A DNA stretch of 64,000 nucleotides from Mobula hypostoma (lineage: Eukaryota): NCBI RefSeq assembly GCF_963921235.1, contig NC_086097.1:248436001-248500000 (forward strand). The letters are read 5' to 3'. The notes beneath the pieces are model-generated. The model was not told where the DNA came from. It saw only the letters and a list, made by a program, of their open reading frames with translations, and made no database searches. Every line of letters starts with the position of its first letter. Position 1 is the first letter of the stretch. This document shows, one piece after another, positions 26,901 to 39,863 of this stretch. Both the position numbers and the translations under genes were made by a program.

Positions 26901-28250
26901 GCCCCGCTCCCTGTACCAGGTTCTCAGCCACACATTTATCTGCCAAATCATCCTGTTTCTACCCTCACTGGCATGTGGCACAGGTAGCAATCCAGAAGTT
27001 ACTACCCTGGAGGTCCTGCTTCTCAGTTTTCTGCCTAGGTCTCTAAATTCTTTTTTCAGGACCTCATTGCTTTTCCTTCCTATCGCATTGGGACCAATAT
27101 GTACCAAGACTGCTCTGCCTCTCCAAAATGCTGTGGACGCAATCCGAGATGTCCCCGACTCTGGCACCTGCGAGGCAATTTACCATCTGGGGTTGCTTTC
27201 ACATTCACAGAATCTCCTGTCTACCTCCACAACCTCTCCACCAACTGTTGTGGCACTCTGGTTCCCATCCTCCTGAAACACTAGTTTAAACCCTACATGC
27301 AGCATTAACAAGTCTTCCCACTAGGATATTAGTCTCCCTCCAGTTCAGTGCAAACCATTCCTTCCATACAAGGCCCACCTTCCTGCAAGAGAGTCCGATA
27401 GTATCCACAGTGGTATACCTGTTGTTGAGGGAGATGGCCACAGGGGTACGCTGCACTGGCTCCTTAACCCCTTTCCCCATCCTGACTCTCACCCAGTTTC
27501 CTGTATCCTGCTCCTTGGGTGTAACCACCTCTCTAAATGTCTTGTCACCCCTTCAGCCTCCCAAATGATCCAGAGTTCATCCAGTTCCAGCTTCAACTCC
27601 TTAACACGGATTGTTAGAAGTGCATCTGGGTACACTTCTCGCAGGTGTAGTTGTCAGGGGTACAGGAGGTATCCCTGCCTTCCCACATCCTGCAAGAAGA
27701 TCATTCAACTTTCCTGCCTTGCATCTCTACTGATTTATTTTTCCCCCTAGTCCTGCTGAAGGGTCTCAGCCCGAAACGTCAACTGTTTACTTTTTTCCAT
27801 AGCTGCTGCCTAGCCTGCTGAGCTCCTCCAGCATTTTGTGTGTGTTGCTTGGTTCTCCAGCATCTGCAGATTTTCTCTTGTTTGTGATCTGTACTCTCCT
27901 AGCTGAGCAGATATAAAGAAGGGAAGGAAAATAAACTTAACCTCGAGCTTTTCTTTTCTTTTGCTTTCTCTGACTGAAGCTTCTCCTCGTTGAAGCCTTG
28001 AAGAACTAAAGCCTCAAGATGTCCACTCTGACTCTGTCACTCAATCAGTGGCCACTACGCTTGCCCCTGACTTTCTTTAATTTGCTTTTGCTAATCAATC
28101 CCAAATGCTTATTGGTTTCTGGTTACTGTTTTTCATAAATTGCCGCAAAACTCTGCTTTTAAAATCTTGATTGTCATCCTGATTAAGATTGCTCCCTAAC
28201 GCACTCCCTGCCGTGGATTGTCCAACTCAGAGAAAACTGGTGTGAAGCTG
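23931..28250 (-). mobile_element. Old CR1 retaining ORF1, endonuclease and RT; fragmented by later insertions
   Basis: RT at 24058..24570 (KFADD), EN at 25782..25964 (GRGGGVALLVK), ORF1 at 26859..27167 (VLVHIGPNAIGR...VVTSGLLPVP) and 27286..27528. Confidence 0.78.
26096..26238 (+). repeat. 30-bp minisatellite, about 4.7 copies
   Basis: Unit acaacacaaaactacactagactac(t/c/g)tgaa, inside an insertion at about 25996-26460. Confidence 0.9.
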
Positions 28251-30059
28251 TTTTTAAATCTTGAACATGAACGTCACTGAAAGTTAGCTCTTTTTACGCA
28301 CATGCAACATCTTACCCAACTTCAATATAAAAAGCCTGCTTGCATTTACCCAGTCTATACCCCTCTTAGTTTTGTATTGATATATCAAATCTCCCCTTTC
28401 TCCTACAGTCCACTTCAGGGAATGAAGTCCTAATCCATTCAGCCTTTCCCTATGACTCAGGTTCCTGTAAATATTCTGTGTATTCTTTTAATCTAATTGA
28501 TACCTTTTCCTGCAGATTTCACGCTGCACACAATCTGGTCAGGCAACAACTAAACTGATATGCTCAATATTGATAAGTAACAGCCAGTGCTGTATTCACT
28601 TTTTACAGTTACACATCAGCTGATGGTCTGTGTTCAATGTTTTTGTTCACTACACTTTAGCAAAAAAATGTTTCTCATCTTGCCTTTTTTTGAATCAGAT
28701 GCAGCCTGCACTGTGATGACTCATCCTTTACCATTGAAAATAATGCATTCAGTTCAAATCCTTTGTGATTTTCAACATCACCATTAGTCCCTTGTAATTT
28801 TTCTGAATGGAATCATTTCTACACTGTAGAGGGGAAGTTTACTAGATCAATCTAACCCTTCCCTCCCTCAAAGCCCTTCATTTTTCTTTCATCTGTATGC
28901 TTATCTAAAAATTTCTTAAATGTCTGAATTAAAAAAAAGATTTATTGATATATAGCACAGAATAAGCCCTTCCGGTTCTTTGAGCCACTCCACTCAGCAA
29001 CCCGACTTAATCCGAGCCTAATCATGGGACTGTGAGAGGAAACCAGAGCATCCGGAGGAAATGCATGCAGTCAGGGGAGAACGTACAAACTCCTTGCAGG
29101 CAGCATTGGCATATATCTGCCTCTTCCACCACTCCTGGTAGGGCATTCCATGCACTCACCACTCTCTGTGTAAAAAACATAACATACCTCTGTCAACCAT
29201 CTTAAAATTAAGACCCCTCGTATTAGCCATTTCTGTCCGAAGAGAAAGTCTCTGGCAGTCCACTAGACCTATGCATCTTGTACAACTCATCGTCCTTTGC
29301 TCGACAGAGAAACACCCTAGCTCGCTCAACCTAATGAGGGTTACATCCCATACCACAAGGGTCAGCCATTGGGTTCCTGAACCAGCATGCATAATTTCAC
29401 TCACCCCAACACTGAACTGATTCCACAACCTAGACTCACTTTCAAGGACTCTACAGCTCACGTTGTCAGTATAAATTATTTATTATTAGTTTCTCTTTCT
29501 GTACTTGCACAATCTCTCATCTTTTGCACACTGGTTGTTTGTCCATCTTTGTGTGGTATTTTATACTGATTCTATTGTATTTTTTTGTAGCTACTGTGAA
29601 TGCCTGCAAGAAAACGAATCTCAGAATAATAAATGGTAACATATACGTACTTCGATTATAAATTTATTTTGAACTTTGTACGAGGGAAGAGTTATATTGA
29701 AGTTAGGTTAAAAAGTTGGCGCATCATGGGCCAAAGGGTCTGTACTGTGCTGTTGGGTGGGTTCTACATTCTATAATCACACAGCCGAGGGCCGCACGTG
29801 ACAGAAAACACGTTGTAATAGTAATGGCTAATGAGGGTAGGGGAATGGAACTGATGAAGCTGCTTCCTGGGACTCATCATAGAAGTGATGAGCTGCGTGG
29901 TACCCTTCTGGGGAGAGTACGAGACTGGGTAACCTGCAGCAAAAGACTCATTCAGGACCGTTCCCAAATCATTTCTAACAACTACAAAAAACAAAGTTTG
30001 CAGTGGAAAGGAGTACTTTTCCCCTTGCCTTGCCTTGTAGGTGCACAACAAGATGATGT

Positions 30060-30235
30060 GGGGTGCCACAGTAGCACAGCAGTCAGTACCACGCTATGGG
30101 GCTGGAGTTCGAACTTCAATCTCAGCACCTCTGTAGGGAGTCTCTGTATGTCCTCCCTGTGGAATGTGTGAGTTTTCTTTGGGTTTTCTGGTTTCCTCCC
30201 ACAGTCCAAAGACGTCTGGGGTAGGTTAATAGGTC
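30060..30235 (+). mobile_element. V-SINE (HE1-like) copy
   Basis: tRNA-like head followed by the V-SINE core GGTTTCCTCCCACAGTCCAAAGAC; further partial copies at about 16130 (+) and 29030-29105 (-). Confidence 0.7.
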
Positions 30236-30869
30236 AGAGACTCATAGTCATAGTCAAGAGATTCTGCAGATGCTGGAAATCCAGAGTAACATGCACAAAA
30301 TACTAGAGAAACTCAGCAGGTCAGGCAGCATCCACGGAAGGATCTCAGGCTGAAACGTTAACTCTATTCCTTTCCATAGTGCTGCCTGACCAGCTGAGTT
30401 CCTCCAGCATTTTGTGTGTGTTAATGCCACCTTAAACCCAATAAGTGTTGGATTTTCAGTTATGGAAAGTGACTCAAGAAATTCTGTTCCCATCAGAATT
30501 TTAGAAATTGTAAAATTATGCTAAACATTCTCTAAGCAACACTCACACACAATACTGGAGGAACTCAGCATGCCAGGCATCATCTACGGAAAAGAGTATA
30601 GTCGACGTTTTGGGCCGAGACCCTCTGCAGGTCTGAATTAATCTGGTTAAGCATCACCCAAGCATCTTTTGAGATAGCTTACTATATATTTTTTAAAGAT
30701 GTCTTTTGTATAGTTATTTGCTTTTCATCTGCCCACAGACATATTTGTAGGCTTCAGCAACATAGTAGATGCATTAATTGGACTCAAAAAGATCTACATT
30801 ATTTTTTCAATAATAACTAAGTGCTGCAATGGAAACAAACACACCAATGGCTATATGAAAAGTCACAAA

Positions 30870-31115
30870 CAGCCTACAGAGAATATGCATTTATTGTTGA
30901 TTGTTTTTTGTTTTGTATTTTAAAAATCTGATGGGTACTTTTGCAGAGAGGTGCAAAACTGACAACAGGCACTTCTTATACAGCCTGCAAGATTTGCATC
31001 AATGAAAAGGAAAACAAGGATGAGGCATATGTTTTGTATCAAGTCCCACCATTAAAATAACCCCACATTAACATTACAAATATTTGATTAGGAGAGATTG
31101 TTTTATATGATAAAG
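30870..31115 (-). other. C7orf25: C7orf25 3' UTR, poly(A) signal at 30890-30895
   Basis: TTTATT on + (AATAAA on -) about 220 nt after the stop codon, in unique AT-rich sequence. Confidence 0.55.
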
Positions 31116-32372
31116 TCATCGTCCATTCCCGTGGAGAGTATGTAAAGAAGTGGCTGTTGACTCCTTGCTCTCGGTCAAAGCTCTAGGCTGGTGGATAAAT
31201 ACGCTGAATTTCACGCCTTGATTGTCTGCAGCTCGCACAAACCCACTGTTTGCTGTCATTGTGATTGCCTTTAAGGCATCTCCAGTACCAAAAATGGTAA
31301 TAGAGCGACTGTTAATTTTTGCACTGGCTTCCAGTCGGGAGGCCCGTTCAGAAGGCTGGTCTGGCACCACCGTGATTCCCTGCAGCAGCTTCTGTGCCCG
31401 TGCTTTCTCTCCAGGGCCACCTAACGTCTCCAAAATTGCCTGGAAATCTCTCACTGCCGACTCGCAAGCAAATAGTTCTTTGTCCTTCATGAAGGCTTGT
31501 AGTTTAGGCAGGACACTCTCCGCCCTTTCCTGAGTAGCTTGTTCAGTCAGTACTTTCTCCTTAAAGATGAAGTGACATCCACCGTGACTTACCGCTGAAA
31601 CAAAGGTGATCAAGGTGGTTATATCTAAATTGGCACGGTTGCAGGAATCCACTTTAACCTCAGTGGGAAAAGCAACACTGGCAACAACTGTAGACCGGTC
31701 TACTTTTGTCACTTGCAAAGGCTCCTCGAGATCTTCTTCAGAATCACTCGATTTATCACCTTCCTCCATAAAGTCGATCATTGAATTCACAGCAACGATA
31801 TCTCCTCGCACAGATAGCCCCATCTCTTTTAGTTTTTCTGCCATAGGGCTAGAAATGCCATTGTAAAATGCAAACACAACATGTGGATTGCTATACTGCA
31901 CCAGCTGTTGTCTGCTGGCTTCCAAATAATCTTCTGCTTGCTCAACAATACTTTTGTCACCGTATTGGCCCCTCCCCACCCAGATACTGTGCAGCGCCTC
32001 AGCTTTCCGCCCGATAGCTTTGACCCACGTCAGTCCACCGTTTGCAACGACGTCCACCATCACGGACTGCTTCCCGCCAGAGTGCTCCTGATAGTTAAAT
32101 ACGCGCAGAAGGCTAACAACATCCTCTAGGCTTTCAGCCGACTCAATGACTGCCTTTAAGTGGGTGAGGTTCGTGCTCTGTAGGTGTGACTCCTTCACTG
32201 AAACTTTGCCCATTTCGACTTTCCGCAGAAACTTCAGTTCGGCCTTCAGCTTGCTGCAAAGCTTGGGCCCCCCTTGCACCCCGCCGGCCCGGGAACGGGA
32301 CAGGGCCTCTGCCCGTTCCAGCAGCTCACGAGCTTCAGTGATCCTCTCCGAGAGAACCTTCTGCAGTGACAT
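31116..32372 (-). CDS. C7orf25: UPF0415 protein C7orf25 homologue, 418 aa, single coding exon
   Basis: Intact [31 protein letters not shown]...[13 protein letters not shown]...[13 protein letters not shown]...[13 protein letters not shown], closely similar to vertebrate C7orf25. Splice acceptor ttttgttttccag|G at 32380/32379, 7 nt before the ATG. Confidence 0.95.
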   Translation of the reverse strand: MSLQKVLSERITEARELLERAEALSRSRAGGVQGGPKLCSKLKAELKFLRKVEMGKVSVKESHLQSTNLTHLKAVIESAESLEDVVSLLRVFNYQEHSGGKQSVMVDVVANGGLTWVKAIGRKAEALHSIWVGRGQYGDKSIVEQAEDYLEASRQQLVQYSNPHVVFAFYNGISSPMAEKLKEMGLSVRGDIVAVNSMIDFMEEGDKSSDSEEDLEEPLQVTKVDRSTVVASVAFPTEVKVDSCNRANLDITTLITFVSAVSHGGCHFIFKEKVLTEQATQERAESVLPKLQAFMKDKELFACESAVRDFQAILETLGGPGEKARAQKLLQGITVVPDQPSERASRLEASAKINSRSITIFGTGDALKAITMTANSGFVRAADNQGVKFSVFIHQPRALTESKESTATSLHTLHGNGR

Positions 32373-32721
32373 TGCATCCCTGGAAAACAAAACGTTTCGG
32401 TTCAGCCACAAGAGCACAAATAGGCCATTGGGACTATGAAATCCCTGCCATTTCATTGGCTGATTTATCATTCCTCTCAAGCTCAAGTTCCTGCCTTCTC
32501 CCCATAACCTTTGATGCCCCAACTAATCAAGAACCTATCCTCCACTTTAAATGTACCCAGTGACTTGGCCTCCACAGCCATCTGTGGCAATAAATTCCAG
32601 ATTCACCACCCCCTGGCTTAAGAAATTCATTTCAGTTCAAAAGAGATGTCCCTCTATTCAGAGGCTGTGCCCTCTGAACCTACACTTCCCCACTACAGAA
32701 AACATCCACTCCAATATTCAA

Positions 32722-32923
32722 GCAACACACACAAAAAACGCTGGTGAACGCAGCAGGCCAGGCAGCATCTATAGGAAGAGGTACAGTCGACGTTTCGGGC
32801 CGAGACCCTTCGTCAGTCCTGACTGTACCTCTTTCTATAGATGCTGCCTGGCCTGCTGCATTCACCAGCATTTTTTGTGTGTGTTGCTTGAATTTCCAGC
32901 ATCTGCAAATTTCCTCATGTTTG
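32722..32923. mobile_element. Palindromic Penelope-derived short element with hammerhead core
   Basis: 15-bp TSD cactccaatattcaa (32707-32721, 32924-32938); inverted arms; minus-strand CTGACGAAGGGTCTCGGCCCGAAACGTCGACTG at 32784-32816. Confidence 0.8.
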
Positions 32924-33799
32924 CACTCCAATATTCAACAGGCATCAATGAGATCCATCCTCATTCTTCTAAACTCCAGTGAGTACAGGCCCAAAGCCAT
33001 CAAACGCTCCTTTTATTTTAGTATATTGTTACTGTACAAGTGAAAAGCCTCACGGCATTCTAATGGGCAACAGCTAAAAACACATTAGCAATTGAATTAA
33101 GGACAGGGTACATTAAACCCCTTACAGATCAGCAGTCAGTGCCAATAATGATAGTCCTAGAGCAGTACAGCACAGAACCAGGTCCATCTAGTCCATGCCA
33201 AACTATTATTCTTCCATATCCCAATGACCTGCACCCAGACAGTAGCCCTCTGCACTCCTCCCATCCATGTACCTATCCAAATTTCCCTTAAATGTTGGAA
33301 TGGAGCTTGTATCCAGCACTTCAGCTAGCAGTTTCTTCCACACTCACCACCCTCTAGCTGAAGATGATCCCCCTCATGTTCCCCTTATACATTACAATTT
33401 TCACCCTTAATCCGTGACCTTTAGCTTTAGACTCGCCCAACCTCAAGTGACATCAGTGAAAGAATCCGATATCATTCCAGATATTGGACTGACACTTCAG
33501 TGCAGTACTTAGGGAGTGCACCATGAGGTTAAACACGAAAAATACTGCAGAAAATCCCATACCACAGTTCAAAAATGTGGGCGCTAGCCAATGTTTATCA
33601 CTCAACAAACATATCTCCACTACTAAGGTAATTATACCTCTGAAGTTCTTCATTCACGTTAAATTAGTGATGAAACAGGACATCGGAGGGAGACTATAAA
33701 TTTGGCTGAGTGGTGTCATAACAATAGCCTCTCACTCAATGTCAACAAAACCAAGAAGCTGATTATTGACTTCAGGAAAATGAAACAAAAATGGCTCTT

Positions 33800-35400
33800 G
33801 AAAATAATTCGAAGATTCATTGGCTTGTCATATGAAGAGCATCTGATGACTCTGGGCCTTTATTCAATAGAATTCAGAAGAAGGAGGGGTGACCCTTACT
33901 GAAACCTATTGAATGGTGAAAAGCCTTGATAGAGTGGATGTGGAGAGGATATTTCCTATGGTGGGAGAGTCTAAGACCAGAGGACACAGCCTCAGAATAG
34001 AGGGGTGTCCTTTTAGAACATAAGAACATAAGAAATAGAAGGAGTCGGCCATCCAGCCCATCGAGCCTACCCCGCAATTCAATTAGATCATGGCTGATCT
34101 GTCCGTAAACTCAGCTCCATCTTTTCTCCATAACCCTTAATTCCCCTACAATGTAAAAACTTATCTAACTGTATCTTAAATACATTTAGTGAAGAAGCCT
34201 CAACTGCTTCCCTGGGCAGAGAATTCCACAGATTGACCACTCTCTGGGAAAAACTGTTTCTCATCTCCGTCCTAAATCTTCTCCTCTGAATCTTGAGGCA
34301 ATGTCCCCTAGTTCTAGTCTCCCCAGTGGAAACAACTTTCCTACTTCTATCTTATCTATCCCTTTCAAAATTTTGTATGTTTCTATAAGATCCCCTCTTA
34401 TTCTTCTAAACTCCAGAGAGTATAGTCCCAGGCGACTCAGTCTCCCCTCATAGGTCAACCCCTTCGTCCCCGGAATCATCCTGGTGAACCTCCCCTGCAC
34501 TGCCTCCAAAGCCAGTATATTCTTCCTCAAGTATGGAGACCAGAACTGCACACAGTACTCCAGGTGCGGCCTCACCAGTACCCTGTATAGTTGCAGCATG
34601 ACCTCCCTGCTCTTCAATTCAATCCCTCTGGCAATGAAGGCCAACATTCCGTTTGTCTTCTTAATAACCTGTTGCACCTGCAAGCCAACTTTTTGCGATT
34701 CATGCACTAGCACTCCCAAGTCCCTCTGCACAACAGCATGCTGCAATCTTTCACCATTTAAATAATAATCTGCTGTTCTATTATTCCTTCCAAAGTGGAT
34801 GATCTCGCATTTACCAACGTTGTATTCCATCTGCCAGACCTTGGCCCACTCACTTAACCTATCTATATCCCACCGCAGACTCTCCACATCCTCTGTACAA
34901 TTTGCTTTTCCACTCAGTTTAGTGTCATCAGCAAATTTTGCTACGCTACACTCAGTCCCCTCTTCCAAATCATCACTGTAAATGGTAAACAGCTCTGACC
35001 CCTGCAGCACCCCACTCACCACTGACTGCCAACCGGAGAAACACCCATTTATACCAACTCTCTGTCTTCTATTGGTTAACCAATCCACTATCCATGCCAA
35101 TACACTTCCTTCAACTCCATGCATCCATATCTTGTTTATAAGAATGGAGATGAGGAATTTCTTTAGCCAGATTGCGGTGAATCTGTGGAATTCTTTGCCA
35201 CAGGCAGTTGTGGAGGCCAAGTCTTAATGGTTCACTTAAAGCAGAGGTTGATAGATTCTTGCCTGATCAGAGCATGAAGGGATATGGGGAGAAGGTAAGA
35301 AATTGGGGCTGAGAGAAAAATGAATCCGCCATGATGAAATGGCAGAGCAGACCTGATGGGTCAAATGGCCTAATCCTGCATTTATATCTTATGGTCTAAC
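33800..35400. mobile_element. CR1 3' fragment (+) with a nested antisense CR1 (about 34016-35136)
   Basis: The + copy breaks at ccttttagaa and resumes agaatggagatgagg; ORF 34261..35220 (-) carries KFADDTK and [11 protein letters not shown]. Confidence 0.88.
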
Positions 35401-35875
35401 CCAGACGTCCACAAGCCAGTCCTCATCAAAGGATCAGAGGGAGAGTGGGTTAGCTAATTTAAATTCCTAACTGTTATTATTTCGGAGGACCTGTTCCAAG
35501 TGCAATTTACAAAGGAAGTACGGGAGAAGCTCTATTTCCTTAGGAGATTGCAGAGCTTCGACATAACTTGTAAAACTTCTATAGATGTGTAGTGGAGAGT
35601 ATATTGACTGGCTGTATCACAGCCTGGAATGGAAATACCAATGCTCTTGAATGGAAAATCTTACAGAGTAGTGATCAGAGCCCAGTCCATCACGGGTAAA
35701 TCCCTCCCCACCACTGAGCACATCTATATGAAACAATGCCTTAGGAAAGCCAACATCGATCATGAGTGACCCTCACCAGCCAGACCATGCTCTCTTCTCC
35801 CAAATGGCGGTAAGGAAGAAGGTACAAGAGCCTCAGGACTCATACCACCAGGTTCAGGAACAGTTATTACCCCTC

Positions 35876-37550
35876 AACATAGAACATAGAAATCTACAGC
35901 ACATTACAGGCCCTTCAGCCCATAATGTTGTGCCGACTATGTAACCTACTCCAGAGACTGCGTAGAATTTCCCCACTGCATAGCCCTCTATTTTTCTAAG
36001 CTCCATGTACCTATCTAAGAGTCTCTTAAAAGACTCTATTGTATCCACCTCTACCACCATAGCCGGCAGTGCATTCCATACAACACGCACAACATGCTGG
36101 AGGAACTCAGCAGGTCGGGCAGCATCCGTGGAAACGAACAGTCAATGTTTCAGGCTGAGACCCTTCATCAGGACTGAAGAGGGAGTGGGTAGGGGCCCTA
36201 TAAAGAAGGTGGTTTTTCACCAGGCACCTACCAGCCTTCTCCTTCCCACCCTCCCCCCACCTTCTTCATAGGGCCCCTACCCCCTCCCTCTTCAGTCCTG
36301 ACGAAGGGTTCCGGCTCGAAACATTGACTGTTTGTTTCCACGGATGCTGCCCGACCTGCTGAGTTCCTCCAGTGTGTTGTGCATGTTGCTTTGACCCCAG
36401 GATCTGCAGATTATTTTGTGTTTACGAGTGCATTCCATGCACGCACCACTCTCTGTGTGAAAAATTTACTCCGACATCCCCCGTGTACCTACTCCTTAAA
36501 ACTATGCCCCCTCATGTTAGCCTTTTCAGCTCTGTGAAAAAGCCTCTGGGTATCCACACGATCAATGTCCCTCATCACCTTATAACCCTCCATTAGGTCA
36601 CCTCTCATCCTCCGTCGCTCCACAAAGAAAAGGCCAAGTTCACTCGACCCACTCTCATAAGGCATGCTCCCTAATCCAGGCAACATCCTTGTAAATCTCT
36701 GCACTGCCTCTATAGTATCCACATCTTTCCTTTAGTGAGGTGACTAGAACTGAGCACAGGACTCCAAGTGGGGTCTGCCCAGGGTCTTATATAGCTGTAA
36801 CATTACCTCACAGCTCTTGAGCTCAATCCCACGGATGAAGAAGGCCAACATATCATACAACTTCTCAAAGACATTGTTAATCTGCGCAGCAGCTTTAAGT
36901 CTCCTGTGGTCACAGACCCCAAGATCTCACTGATCCTCCACACTGTCAAGAGTCTTACCATTAATATTATATTCTGTCTTCAAATTTGACCTACCAAAAT
37001 GAACCATTTTACAATTATCTGTATTGAATTCCATCTGCCATTTCTCATCCCAGTTATGCATCCTATCAATGTTCCGTTGTAACCTCTGACAACCCTCCAG
37101 ACTATCCACAACACCCCCAACCTTCGTGTTATCAGCAAACCTACTAACCCACCCTTCTACTTCCTCATCCAGGTCATTTACAAAAATCACAAAAAGGAGG
37201 GGTCCCAGAACAGGACCCCACGGAACACCATTGGTCACTGTCCTGCGTGCAGAATATGAACCATCTCCAACCACCTTTGCCTTCTGTGGGCAAGCCAATT
37301 CTGGATCTACAAAGCAAGGTCTGCATGGATCCCATGCCTCATTACTTTCTGAAGGAGCCTTGCATGGGGAACCTTATCAAATGCCTTACTGAAATCCATA
37401 TACACTACACCCACTGCTCTACCTTCATCAAAGTGCTTTGTTATATCCTCAAAGAATTCAATCAGTTTCATAAGGCCTGACGGGCCCTAGACAAAGCCAT
37501 GCTGACTATAATTTCCTGTGTTATCGCTACTCCCTTTCTTGAACAAGGGA
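35876..37550 (-). mobile_element. CR1 RT/3' fragment
   Basis: ORFs 36927..37298 (RFADNTK) and 36489..36722. Confidence 0.85.
36080..36426. mobile_element. Palindromic Penelope-derived element with two opposed hammerhead-like motifs
   Basis: 12-bp TSD agtgcattccat (36068-36079, 36427-36438); motifs at 36139-36176 (-) and 36293-36330 (+). Confidence 0.8.
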
Positions 37551-37554
37551 ACGT

Positions 37555-39016
37555 CTCAACCCAAGCAAAGCTGCAGGACCGGATGGTATCAGTACCAGGG
37601 TGCTCAAAGCCTGTGCCCCTCAGCTATGTGGAGTATTTCGCCATGTATTCAACATGAGCCTGAGGCTCCGGAGGGTTCCTGTACTGTGGAAGATGTCCTG
37701 CCTCGTCCCTGTGCTGAAGACGCCGCGCCCCAGCGGCCTCAATGACTACAGACCGGTGGCATTGACCTCCCACATCATGAAGACCCTGGAGAGACTTGTT
37801 CTGGAGCTGCTCCGGCCTATGGTCAGGCCACACTTAGATCCCCTCCAGTTCGCCTACCAGCCCCGACTAGGAATTGAGGATGCCATCGTCTACCTGCTGA
37901 ACCATGTCTACGCCCACCTGGACAAGCCAGCGAGCACTGTGAGGGTCATGTTTTTTGACTTTTCCAGTGCGTTCAACACCGTCCACCCTGCTCTGCCGGG
38001 GGAGAAGCTGACAGCAATGCAGGTGGATGCTTCCCTGGTATCATGGATTCTTGATTACCTGACTGGCAGACCACAGTACCTGTGCTTGCAACACTGTGTG
38101 TCCGACAGAGTGATCAGCAGCACTGGGGCTCCACAGGGGACTGTCTTGTCTCCCTTTCTCTTCACCATTTACACCTCGGACTTCAACTACTGCACAGAGT
38201 CTTGTCATCTTCAGAAGTTTTCGGATGACTCTGCCACATGGTGTGAGCAGAATTATCTGCAGCTTTATGTGAAAAAGACTAAGGAGCTGGTGGTAGACCT
38301 GAGGAGAGCTAAGGTACCGGTGACCTCTGTTTCCATCCGGGGGGGGTCAGTGTGGACATGGTGGAGGATTACAAATACCTGGGGATACGTATTGACAATA
38401 AATTGGACTGGTCAAAGAGCACTGAGGCTGTCTACAAGAAGGGTCAGAGCTGTCTCTATTTCCTGAGGCGACTGCCCTTTAACATCTGCCAGACGATGCT
38501 GAGGATGTTCTATGAGTCTGTGGTGGCCAGTGCTATCATGTTTGCTGTTGTGTGCTGGGACAGCAGGCTGAGGGTAGCAGACACCAACAGAATCAACAAA
38601 CTCATTCGTAAGGCCAGTGATGTTGTGGGGATGGAACTGGACTCTCTCACGGTGGTGTCTGAAAAGAGGATGCTGTCTAAGTTGCATGCCATTTTGGTCA
38701 ATGTCTCCCATCCACTACATAAGGTACTGGGTGGGCACAGGAGTACATTCAGCCAGAGACTCATTCCACCGAGATGCAGCACAGAGCGTCATAGGAAGTC
38801 ATTCCTGCCTGTGGCCATCAAACTTTACAACTCCTCCCTTGGAGGGTCAGACACCCTGAGCCAATAGGCTGGTCCTGGACTTAATTCATAAATTACTGGC
38901 ATAATTTACATATTACTATTTAACTATTTATGGTTCTACTACTATTTATTATTCATGGTGCAACTGTAACGAAAACCAATTTCCCCCGGGATCAATAAAG
39001 TATGACCATGACTATG
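37555..39016 (+). mobile_element. Rex1/Babar non-LTR retrotransposon, 5'-truncated, internally deleted and frameshifted
   Basis: LKACAPQLCGVF, DYRPVALTSHIMKTLERL, FFDFSSAFNT, TGAPQGTVLSP, KFSDDSA; 3' AATAAA plus tatgac-like tail. Second fragment at about 44655-44925. Confidence 0.9.
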
Positions 39017-39863
39017 AACATCCCTTTGTCAATAATGTCACTGCAAAGATTATGTCACCAGAAAACTTTCACATTCTTTCTGAGATCCTCTGATTGATCT
39101 CTACTTAATACCTTGTAACTTTTAAAACGTAGTCAAAACATTCAGTTTTCCCTGCAATCCACATCTTCCGTCTGTCCCCGAAATCCCAGTTGGGCCTTAT
39201 TCCAAGCAGTAAGGCTGATCAACACCTCTACCCACTAACCCACCACTACTTTATTATTTCTCGTCAGTCACTGTCCAGACACACCTGTACCTGGTGTCAC
39301 TTTATTGAGTTACAATCAATATATATAAACTATCTTATATTCACTGTGTTTTCAATATTATCGCTGTTTTCTTTTTCTTCTTATTGCTTTGTTTGTTCTG
39401 CAATGTATCCGGAATAACAATTATTTTGTTGTCATTTACACTCGTGCACTGGAAATGACATTAAATAATCTTGAATCTCGAATCCTGCTCTCCCTCCTCC
39501 CGGCCCATTGTTCCAGGTCCCCATCCATCCTCCCAGCAGACCACTGCTTCTCATTCCTACTGATTCTGCCCCCACACTCCCCACTGGCTCCGGGACCCCA
39601 TCGCTCTCACAGAGCCCTCCCTCTGGCCCGTTAATGGGAGGCCATTTCAGTCCCCCAGCTGTCAAACCACAGTCCCCCCATCAATCAGTCTTCAGGGTCC
39701 CCATAACCCCAGTCCCCTCCCCAATCCCTCAGCTACCTCTGGAGACACACACCAGGCCATCCCTGCCGGTGGACGGACCCCGGCTCCTGCCTCTCTGCCA
39801 CCACATCCAGTTCCCAGCACCCGGCCCCTCTTCCTCCGCTCCATCCTCGACCCTCGGGGTTAC

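Noticed and set aside
32380..32522. N-terminal extension of the 468-aa C7orf25 ORF
   Set aside because: It lies upstream of a clear splice acceptor and is a CR1 3' remnant; homology starts at MSLQKV.
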